Program-made: the position numbers and the translations under genes
In this document: positions 51,255 to 64,000 of the stretch, piece by piece
Numbering within the stretch: the first letter of the stretch is position 1
Layout of the letters: each line of letters opens with the position of its first letter
Notes under the pieces: model-generated
Database searches by the model: none
What the model was told of the DNA's origin: nothing
The model's input: only the letters and a program-made list of their open reading frames with translations
Assembly: GCA_009914755.4 (NCBI GenBank)
Contig: CP068257.2
Location: forward strand, 33,472,001 to 33,536,000
Direction of reading: 5' to 3'
DNA: 64,000 nucleotides
From: the human T2T-CHM13v2.0 reference genome, Homo sapiens

Positions 51255-52045
51255 AGAAAACAAATCATTTTTAAGCACTGATTCTAAGTCAGCATTGCCC
51301 GGTTAAGCTCTTACATTTTCACCAGAAATCAACCCCCGAGACTTAGCAAGTTTGAGTGACCTGTTCCCAGTGGTGCTGTTCTGACGTGTCTGATGTCAGA
51401 TCAGAAGCTCAGGCCTTCCAACCCAACGCATAAACTTTCTTTTGGTATAAGTATGTTCTTTGTATTGCTTATACTAAAATAATTATTTGTTGTTCATCTG
51501 AAATTCAAAGTGCATGGAGGTCCTGTATGTTATCTGGAATCTCAGTGGAATGAACTAGGGGTTTTATAATCAGCATTTGTCCCTACTGCTGAGGCTGTGG
51601 CATGTGAGCTGTTAAGTATTTTGACCGTATCCTTCTGCAAACACTGGACCATTTTGTCTTTCATGCAGCCGACTTATTTATGATCAAGGAGAACGGTATA
51701 GGGAAATAGACCCAAGTTCATATTACAGGAAGATTGTGTGACGTTACAGAAAGAAACATAACCACCTGGTTAAAACCTTAGCTGTGTGATCTTGTACTAG
51801 TTACTCAACCTCGCTGAGGCTGGGATTATGCAAAATGGGGCCAAGCACACCTGCTTCTCAGAGTTTTGGCCATAATGAATGAGGTAATGCATACTATCCC
51901 ATAACGGGCTCTCAGCTGCAAAGGGAACTGTCTTATCTACACTTATAATTTAGTCAAGTCAACTAAAATGCTGACTGCTCCAGTCCCATACCTACCTCCC
52001 ATACACCCCAGTGACTGAAGTCAAAGCCAGCATCACACACACCAA

Positions 52046-52342
52046 TTTTTTTTTTTTTTTTTGACGGAATCTCACTCTGTTGCCCAGGCTGGAGTGCAGT
52101 GGCGCGATCTTGGCTCACCGCAACCTCCGCCTCCTGGGTTCCAGCAATTCTCCTGCCTCAGCCTTCTGAGTAGCTAGGATTACAGGTGCCTGCTGCCACA
52201 CCCATCTAATTTTTGTATTTTTAGTAGAGACGGGGTTTCACCATGTTGGCCAGGCTGGTCTTGAACTCCTGACCTCAAGTGATCTGCCAGCCTCGGCCTC
52301 CCAAAGTGCTGGGATTACAGGCGTCAGCCACCGCTCCTGGCC
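52046..52342 (-). mobile_element. Alu (full length), antisense
   Basis: (t)17 is followed by gacggaatctcactctgttgcccaggctggagtgcagtggcgcgatcttggctcaccgcaacc...gcgtcagccaccgctcctggcc. The TSD is not clear; the flanks read acacacaccaa and acaggaggc. Confidence 0.95.
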
Positions 52343-52954
52343 ACAGGAGGCTCATCCCTGATGGCCTCACTCAGGGATGAGCCTTGGACTTTGACTGGCC
52401 CCAATAATTCACAGAGTCATGCCTTCATTTATTAAAAAATCCCTGGGGAATATACTGTCTTAGGATCTGGGGACATGAAATGTATTGTGCCTGGCCTCAT
52501 GCTGCTTATGGTCTAGCAGGGTAGATGGGCATTAAGCAAATGCTTGTGAAGATAAGGATTTTAGCACAAGCTGAAATTAGTGTTATGAAGGCAAAGTACA
52601 GAGTGGTATGGGAAAGTAATGCAGGAGGAGGTGAGGTAGAACTGTGCTTTGTCATCCACACGAGCCCCGATTCCTCCTGTTCCCAACCAGGCGAACATGC
52701 TGTTCATGCAACGCCAACCAAAATTAATGGGGAAAGGGAGTCTGGGGATATAAAAAGTGAGATAAAGGGGCTACTTATTTTTTTTTTACTGTTGTTTCTG
52801 CTTGTTTATATAAAAAGATCCTTTCAACATTTACAGAGCTTTAAAGTATGATGTGAAAAATAAGTACTTTGTACTTATTATGGTGCCTTTCATCTGAGTT
52901 GCTCATAAGCCCTGCAGACATTGCCTCATCCATTTTCAGAAGACTCCTCAAAGG

Positions 52955-53115
52955 AAGGTAAGAAGAGACTCTTGCCCCCACTTCACAGATGCAAAGACTG
53001 AGGCATGAGGAGGTAACAGGGGCTAGGAGAGTAGTGTTGGATCAGGGGCTGAGGTGCCTGGATCCTAGGTCTGGCTTTGCCATTCAATAACTGTGTGACT
53101 TTGGGTGTGTCCCTC
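52955..53115. mobile_element. MIR-like SINE remnant (orientation ambiguous)
   Basis: ccacttcacagatgcaaagactgaggcatgaggaggtaacagg... resembles the reverse complement of MIR (ccattttacagatgaggaaactgaggctcagagaggttaagtaac). The following ggctttgccattcaataactgtgtgactttgggtgtgtccctctgggttc resembles the sense MIR core. Confidence 0.35.
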
Positions 53116-54336
53116 TGGGTTCTTATTAGGAATTTGGAATAGATGATTCCCAATGTCTCATACAGTTTGAAGGATCTGTGATGGTGTCAGGGAAAATGGG
53201 TAAGTGTCACAGTGCTAATTCCTGGGACATAATTCAAGTCTTCACTCATGACTTCAGCTTCAGAATAACATTTCTGCAAGAAGGCCATCCAGAAAGATGG
53301 AGACAATAACTGACTCCTGGAGTTGGAAGGACCCTTGGATGGCTCCGTGTGGCTTAAAATGCCTAAATACCAGAATTGTTGAATGCTTGCTCATGACACA
53401 GGTTCTTGGAACCCAACCCAGTCTGTCTATCCAAATTTATAGGCCAGAGGCCTGAGGAACAATTAATGAAATCATCAAGTCTGGAAAGCACATAGTCCAA
53501 ATCAGTGGTCTCAAGCTGGGCTGCACACTGGAATCACCAGGGAGCTTTGAAAAATGGAGATGCCAGGATCCCACTTTGGATATTTTGATTTAGATGGTCG
53601 CAGGTATGTCCTGGGTATCTGGAGATTTTAAAATCGTCCTGGGGATTCTAAGGGCAGCCAAGGCTGAAAACCACAGACCTAGATCAAGCTCTCTTGTGAT
53701 GCTGATGAAATGAATGGGCTTGATGAAGCTAATCTCACCCATGAGAAACCATGGGCAGAGCCACTGCTGACTTGGGGGGCAAGGCAGAGCTGGATGCCCC
53801 CCTTCTGACTCTACCTCCCACTCTGTCCACTACATTATGTGGACTCCCATAATGCCTGAGTGTAAGAGTTTTCTTTTTAATATGCAGAAAAAATTTAAAT
53901 TATATTAGGTAAAAAAAAAAATATTAAAAAAATTTAAATTGGGAATTAAATGAAGCATTTAGAAATCAAAATTTTCTGTGTGGCCCCCATCACCACTACC
54001 GATAGCACAAAGGTAGTTGAAAGAAACATAAACTTGGAAAAATACTTGCAACATAAATTATAAAGGGTTATATGAGAACCTTTAGAAACCAATAAGAAGA
54101 TGACTAATTCAATACAAGACTGATCAAAACTAATGAATAGAAAATAGACACACAAAAAATTTTAAAGGGCCAATGAAAACATAAAATTAGTTTTTTATTC
54201 TTCTTTAATTATTATTCTTAATAATTAAAGAAATGTAAATTAAAATATTAGTGACACATTGATACTCATTCATCAAATTATGAATTATTGAAAGATTGAT
54301 AAAATCCATTTGGGTAGTGAAAGCAACTACTGGTGA

Positions 54337-54742
<406 letters not shown>

Positions 54743-57700
54743 TAATTGTATCTCAAACAAATTGTCTTAAGAGAAAAGTGTGTTCAGATGTATACGTAAG
54801 AAAATTATTCATCATAGGATTATCTATCATATCAAACCTTTGGAAATAATCCAATCCTCCATCCGTAAATGTTTAGTGAAATAAATTTTTATTGATCCAC
54901 ATGGTGGAATAACATGCAACTATTAAAAATTGTATTGCAGATTTACACTTGTTGACATGGAAATATGTTCCATATATAGAAGTGATTAGAGAAAGTTACC
55001 AAACTATATATCACAGAAGTTCATTTTTCATGTATGAGTGGCTAGGTTTACATTGACAACAAAAACCTAGGCTTGGGGTCCTCTACTGGTTTTGCCTATG
55101 GTGACCAACTAATTATCTGGGTTTTCCCAGGACTGGGGGGTTTTCTGGGATGTGGGACTTAATATCCCTGAGACAATCCTGAGACAATCCTGAGAAAACT
55201 GGGATGGTTGATTGCCCTGATCTTGCCACTGAGTCACTAGCAGTGTGACTTTGGACAAGGCTTTTCATCTGTTTGTGAAATACAGCACTTTCCTAAAATA
55301 ATGAATTTGAAATGGCTGTGGCTGGAAAATTGGCCCCCACTCTTATATTAACAATGTTTCCATTGGGTGTTGGGATTTGGGGCATTATAAAATTTATTTT
55401 TAAATATTTTTTTAGAAGGTGTACTCATAATTTTCATAATATAAAAAACAATAAAGTCATCTCTATTAAAAATACTCCTATGGGTCAATTGAGTTCTATT
55501 TTCAGTACTAAGATTATGGTAAGGACTATAAAAAGTGTTTCCATAGGATGTCAACCACAAATATTTACTACAGCATACGAGTGGAAACCTAGAGATTCTT
55601 GCAAGAACAAAAGGCACCAGGGACAATTTTCCCCTCAAACTGCCACAATATCTTATGTGAAAAATGACAAATAAATGAACAGAAATTTACTCTCCTGTTT
55701 TGCAGAAATTACAACAATCCTCATATATAGATTCAATGCAGATTAGATTTAAATCTAAAATGGTTTATTTGTACCCAAAGTTAAGAAGGATGCAACAAAT
55801 TATGAACACATTTTCCAAGTGAGTAAATTTTGTTTGAAAACGCCAACCTTGAAAGTTTCTCTATTGATCACTTTTGCATTGCTCTTTAGGTTAAATAGTG
55901 ATAGCTGCCTTTCAGAGAGCCTTATGATGACGGAATTAGTTTACAAAGGGAAGAGTCTGACAGACAAAGGTTTTACTCAGTCTAGAGGGCTCTCTGGAGG
56001 AAGGTTTCTGGCAAAGGCTTAGATTTGTGTTGAGCCTAAAATTTGCATGGTTTGATTATAGATGACAATAGGCAAAAATTTGCCATATGTTCTATGATAT
56101 CAACCATGGCCCCAAAAGTGACTAGGAATAAAACATACTCTTCTTAGAAACGTCAGAATTGCACATTTTGGGAGGCTTGCAATGCAAGGCTAATTCTGAT
56201 GCCCCTAACGCATTCAAAGTCCTGACTTCTTGTAGAACAGGTGTCACTGCCAATTTTTCACTTGTCCTGTAGCAGCTACAGAAATTGGAGGTGTCTTCAA
56301 AAGGCAAGACAATCTACAGGCTTTGCCCTGCAGGGTCCTGGCCACCATCCCTCCAGCAGAATCCAGGCCAGCCCCCTGAACAATTCACCTCAACGCCGGA
56401 TACATTTTTTACTGCTACAACTTTTGAAATTTCCTCCCTAACTTCTTTCTTTGTGCTCTGTTCTCCAAGTCAGGAAAAGGCAGACAGTGCTGAAATGGTC
56501 AACAGTTCTGCCTTTGAAAGGCACTTTGCTTCCTTCTGTGTCTGGAAATTACACCTGGATCTCAAAGCATCATGTGTTGTTTTTGATAAGAAAGTCTGAT
56601 GAGAGTGAGTCCATGGTTTGATTCACATGCTACAATTGCTGACAAGTTTCCACATGAATATTTCAATTTAGTGATACTACTAAGCAGTATATTTTTCTTA
56701 TTTAATTTCATGTCCCCAAATAAATCTTAGGAAAGTAGAAAATGTTTGCAAAATTTTCCTCCACACATTTAGAGTCCCTCCATGCTGGCAGGGTGCCCAG
56801 ACTGCTGCAGAGTTAGAGCCCAGGCTGGGCTGCTGGAAACGCAACTATGGGACGGCTAAGGTGCAAGTCTAGACCTTTCCTGTCTAAAAGGCACTTTCCG
56901 CCCAGAAAGATGAAAATACAAATTGCAATTCCAGATACAGACAATTAAAAGCACTGTGTGTAGTTTCTCTGGATGCTCTAAAAAATTATGTGTGAATGCA
57001 AATGTCTCTCCCTTAAACATTGCTATACAATGATAATGGTTTGGGAATAGAGTGCCTATGTATATATTGAAAGCTTTGAACTTACTTTACTATACCAAAC
57101 TAGTTTGTCAAAATATAACTGTGTCAAAAAGTTATAAAGATGAACCAACCTTTCACTCCCCTTCAAACTAAAATATTAAAATTGATCAAACCCTGACCTC
57201 AGTTAAGGGCTTGGTTCTGCCACTAGCTGGATAACAGGAGACAAAGGATGTCAGGGTCACTCTTCTAACAGTTTGTGTGTTTATGTGCATTTTAAAAAAT
57301 TATGTTCTTGTTTTTCTTTCTCGCCAGCACCCCCCTTTTTTTTTGTAAAGCAACTGATTAAGTAAAGAAAAATCATCTATCTGGTTAGGGAAAACTGGTA
57401 GAATCTGAATGTCACTCACTTCTCAGATGGCAAGGATTTGTACAAAACCTTCATATAACAATTGTAAATTGTCACTGCTGTGTAAGACCGTCAAAAAGTG
57501 AGTGAGGGCTCAGAGACACAGAGGGACTTCTAGCTCGGCTGTATCGCTTTCTTGTTCTGGGACCATGGGCATTATAAGATTTTGAAAACGGTTTCTTCAT
57601 GGGAATAATACTTGTATTTATCTGAGATAATTGTTGACAAATATAAACTAGTAAAGTCACAAAAAATGCTTATGAAGGAATCCGGAATATACTAACTTCC

Positions 57701-60700
57701 CACTTTTATTCATGGTCAGTGTCATCGTCATCATTCTCTTCCTCCCAGGCTAGTTAACAGAAGGGTAAAAACATTTTGACCTACAAACATAAAATAGTCA
57801 TATCATCCTCCAAAGTAACACAGTTAATACACTATTTCAGAAGCACCATTTTAGACACTTTTTGCCCAGAGAAAATCTTAAAGAACCCTATTGATTTGTT
57901 GTTTCACATTTTCCAGTATTCAGAGAAAATCTGTTTAGACTCCCTTGAGGACTACTGTCCACTCAGTAGAACCCATCCTTAATATCTTTCTCCCTTTCCC
58001 ATCATAATGGTGACTATGGAGTGATCTTCAGAAACCTTAGCACAAATGCAACCCCAGAGATGTCTTCAGAACAAACTAAAACCCACTGTAACATACCTGG
58101 AGGAAAAAATGCCACTGGAATCAACTTTCTGTTAATAAAGTAAGTTTTTCCCCAAATATTCAAAGTGTGTAATACCTGTAAACACTTTCTCCAAAGCCAC
58201 TTTCAACCCACAAATAATATTTTTATGATTAATCATAGAGAGAGAGGGCAAATATATGCAGAACTATGTCACACTCCCTCAACCGAACTTTCTGGTCATT
58301 TCCCCCGTTAGGGTTGGGAGAGGAGGGGTGGTGCAGGGGATGGAGAGAGAAGGTCCTTTGTCTGGAACTTTTCATTACTGAGGGGTTTTACCAAAGAAGC
58401 AATTCTTTTCACACGCTATGTCTCACCTTGAGTTCTTATCCGCTGGGGACATAGTTGATCAATGATGTAATTCTACAATTATTTAAGGATAGTGATTCTT
58501 TTATTCTCACAAAGGGTTTGCTGAAAATTAAAAGAAGCCTGCAGTCATTTATTTTAATCTCCCAAGATTGTTTATTGTTCCTACAAGTCAGGACAGCCTC
58601 ATCTTTGGAAAACACATTCCAGGAGAAAAGCTGATAAAATGATCGCATTGTTAGATGGGTGGGGTTTTGCAAGGTAGAATCCGTTGATGGTCTTTTAAAG
58701 CAGCACTTTATATTTTATCTTATGGTATTTCTGAAGTGCATGGATGGTCATTTGGTGCAAATGATAACTGTTCATTTACCTTTAGAGACTTTGTAATCAT
58801 TGAGAAGACAATAAATGTATATAAATTATAAACTTCAATAATAAGTTCTTGAAAATGTTCATTTCCTGTGCCATTTCCTTCCTATGCATTGCCATACAGC
58901 TCTTTGTATGTATAAATGAGGAAGAAGATATGCACTTAAGATGATTTCTTTGAATATTATAAGCCTCCCCGCTTCCAATACAATTAATCACCTTCCCATG
59001 TGTGATGGAAACTGCAAAATACTTTTTTTCCTTGTGTTATAAAAATATCCCTTGATTGTCAACTTTTAGTTTTTAAGTGCTTTGATCTACTTTGAATGTG
59101 AAGAGTGCAGGGTCCCCAAACTAAGTGGGTGGCCTCCACCCTATGGTGTGAGAAAAAGCTGTGAATTTTCCCCCTTATTTTTTATGTCCATGAGTTTCTT
59201 ATTTAGAGGAAAATTTAATACACAATTGGTACCTTTGCAGTTAGCTCACCCAAATGTTATTTGTTTAAGAGGTATTTGATGTCCAACATACCGAGTGATT
59301 TTTTTTTTTTACAAGACTTATTTAAGCTCTTTTCCTAGGAAAAAGATGTTGCCTTTCTGCCAAGGGCATATTATCTTCAAAAACTGGCATTTTTAGCCTT
59401 TTTTCCGCAACTTGAATTTTCCACATCTTAAATTGTCTCAGGTCTGTGAACTGTAGATTGGGAGAATTAGAAAAGATCTTCCTTCCTAGTAGCTGACATT
59501 CCTTGCTTAGGAAACTTTACACAGTCTCCCTCATTTGATGGAAAAAGCAATCATTAAGCATTAATGGGAGAACAGCAAAATCTTCAAAATCTGACTCATT
59601 TTAGATAAACACTTTCTAGCTTTCAAATCTATTCTAAGCCACTATAATGCTCACCATGTTTAAAATGGAAAGAAATACTTTCCGAGGTAAATACCCAATG
59701 AACCGAAATAAATAGAAATCCAGTTATGATGAAAAATATTAAAGGAAAAAGACTAAATGAACTTTCAAACCCTCTAAAGAGAGAGTAGTTCACCTGTTAT
59801 AACACGTGTAAGGAGGTGAATAAATTGTGTCAACTAATTTCCCAAATACAAGATCAACTCTCATATCTATAGGGGAGATAACTAATTGAACCATGACCCC
59901 AGCAATAAAATTCAGCACATCTCTGAAGATGAATATTAACGTGGTTTGGGAGAGAATGTGCTTGAGATATTAATGTTTTTAAGAACCAAGTTGTGGTTTC
60001 TTAGGCTAAAATTGCATGGCTACATTTGCTGTGCCAAGAATAGAGTTTCATACTCTCCGAAAACAGCATGACTCCAGTGAGATGTTTGGTCGGGGATCCC
60101 AATCGTGTAAGATACTGTGCAATTATGTCTATTTCCTTCCTGTCCCTAAATTCTACCAATTCCAAGTGCCTTTGGAACAGTGTGATCAGCACTTAGATAA
60201 AGGTAGTAAGGGCCCACCAGTCCTTGGATGTTCTCCTGGGCTTCATGAAAGAAAAGTCTGCAGCAGGTAAAGACTGGGGTCAATGGCTCCCTCAGTCCAA
60301 ACTGGACAGCCTTGGGAGGAGGCCACTCATGAAAATTTGGCTACAGAGATATGTTAGCCGTCTTTGTAACCAGTACTTTAAAAATAAAATACAATAAAAT
60401 AAAAAGATTCTTCAAGAGTACTCATGCAGGCCTCAGTGTTAATGTCTGCTCTTGGACTTGAAAACATTCTTGCCCCCTCCATAAACATTCTTTCCCACTG
60501 CTGAAAGCTGTTGAATGCTTGTCAGGCTTATTCAAAATTTGATGACCTTAATGGAAACCCCCAAAGATGACAACAGATAAAGAATAAAACCAGGACATAT
60601 CACTTGTAAACACAGTCAATGCATCCATTTCTTGTTTTTCAATTAATCATCTCTTGAGCTAAGAGCTTAGAAATTCCATTCAGATTTAGACATTCTTTTA

Positions 60701-62689
60701 AGAGTATGCGTCTGATTTCCAAATTACCAGCCCGATAGTTCTGACTAATGGAAAATAATGCACTACTTTGCTTCAGGCAAAGTCAAGTATTTGATTTTCA
60801 TAGAACCAACTTTCGATTAACTATTCTGTGGCTGTGTTTATCTACCATGACCTTTAGCTGATCTGTTCCAAACTGGTCAGGAAGAAAGAAGTGGTCTTAG
60901 AGGAAGCAAAGTCTGTTGGAAGTAACTCTGAACTGGAGTGTCAAGAAATCTTTCATTTCTTCTGTTCATGATTTTTGATAATTTATCTTCCCTGTGTCTT
61001 ATTTTCTCATTCTGTAAAAAGAAGGAAATTTAAAAAATGGCATCTTACAGGGATCAAAGATGCTAGGAAAGATGAAAAAGGAGTAAAAATGTCATTCCTG
61101 ATGGACCTCAAGGGCATTATGCTTAGTGAAAAAAAAGTAAATGGCAAAAGATTTTGTGCTGTTTGATTCCATTTATATAACATTCTTAAAAGAACAAAAT
61201 TATAGAGATGGAGAACAAGTTGGTGGTTGCCAGGGTTGATGATGCTGCGGTATGAATGTAAGAAGGTGACCTGAGGGGGTCACAGAGTGACCTCTGTAGT
61301 AACAGAGCAGTTCTGCCTCTTAGTTGCACTGGTAGTTACCCAAATCAATACACTAGATAAAGTTGCATAGAATTTCACGCACACACACATGCACACATAC
61401 AAACATACAAGTATTAACCACATGTAAAAAATGGTGAAAATTAAACAAGATCTGCAGTACAGTTAAGAGTCAAACAATTGATGTTCTAACAACATCAGTT
61501 TCTTGGTCTTGATATTGTACTGTGGTTATACAAAATGTTATCATTAGGGGAAGCTGGGTGAAGGGTACACTGGACTCTGTGTATTATTTTTGTAACTTTC
61601 TGGGAATCTATAGTTATTTCAAAATAAAACTTTAAAAATGTTATTATGTACCTGACCTTAGGATTCTTCTTAACCAATCTCATGTTCCCTGTGTGTATGA
61701 TTACAATAAAAATAAAAGTAGAAGTATTTTTTTCGAAAAAGAGAAAGTGGTGAGAGAGTGGCAAATGTTACATGGAGTGGGATGAGTCACAGGAAAACCA
61801 TGAAACACAGTTCTCTTCTTGTAACTTAACTTTGCATAAAAGTGAATACAATGATTCCTTGTTTAACACCACTCTGAACTTAAAAGCAAAATTCTTAGGA
61901 AGAGCCTTTTGAAATCTAAGACTTTTGTAAGTTGAGATGCCATGGAACATTTGTTCCATGGGCTGCCTCACAAAAACAAAGAATTTGTAGTAAACTAAGT
62001 TTGAAAATGTTAAACATAATTTTTTTCCCTGGCTCTCTTTTCAAAATGATATTTTAAAAAAACACATACCTTTGAAAAACAGACTCCAGACTTCTACTTC
62101 CTGAAATAGTAGATGGGATGATGCAGATGATTTGGACCAACTCTATGCTAAGACAACTTGAAATCGAGGCAAAACATACACACACGTATCACTGTCATCT
62201 TCATTATCATCATCATCTAATTGAAGGCATTGGAAAGCTCTTAATGCAGTAAAGGCCAAGATCCAAGAGAAAGCAGAAACAGAGAGATGAAATTTACCCT
62301 AAGGCAGAGGCCAGTACTGGAAGAGGGAGGAGAGTTCTCGAGAGAGAACTTGCAAAGGTAATCAGGGCCTTTGCCAGCTTCGCGTAGTGAGTGGGAGAAA
62401 AATGGAAGTCCAGGGCCCACCCAGAAGAAGCTTCTGGATAACCTTCCATGCTTTAGATTAAGACAGGCAAGTACTATATCCTGGGAGCAAGGGTGGATGA
62501 AAAGTGAAGTAGCCTTACAAGAACTGAAGTCTGTTTTATGATTATCTCAGTCCTTGAAATTGATCCTAGAATGCTGATACTTCTGGCCACCTGCTATAAA
62601 GAAAAATAAACCTTCCCTCTTTATCTAGGTTAAAGATAAAGTCTTCAATCATGTTTATACTTTTTTATATACATGAGACAGTCAATCAA

Positions 62690-63999
<1,310 letters not shown>

Positions 64000-64000
64000 A

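Overview
This window is primate (almost certainly human) nuclear genomic DNA. It is AT-rich and CpG-depleted, and carries a dense cover of interspersed repeats. All evidence comes from reading the sequence by eye against consensus sequences I remember; no search tool was used. Repeat family and subfamily names are my best recollection and should be confirmed with RepeatMasker.

The window contains:
- At least 11 Alu elements, most with recognisable target-site duplications (TSDs), plus two Alu fragments.
- One essentially full-length but inactive LINE-1 (31027-37616, + strand) with a 19-bp TSD. It is interrupted by a nested THE1-type MaLR solo LTR that has its own 5-bp TSD.
- Four more L1 pieces: three L1 3'-end fragments on the - strand and one ancient L1M-like piece near the 3' edge.
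- Several MIR SINE fragments and several ERVL-MaLR LTRs (MLT1/MST/THE1-like), one of them nested inside another.
- A Tigger-type DNA-transposon end.
- Many microsatellites and low-complexity tracts.

I find no convincing protein-coding exon, rRNA, tRNA or CRISPR feature. Nothing prokaryotic or operon-like is present. Every ORF of 60 aa or more in the supplied track is explained by Alu, L1, simple-repeat or composition artefacts.

I do not see an undescribed biological system here. The most notable content is nested transposon structure, a G4-capable hexanucleotide repeat, a small CpG-retaining unique segment, and candidate polymorphic loci (microsatellites and younger-looking Alu insertions).
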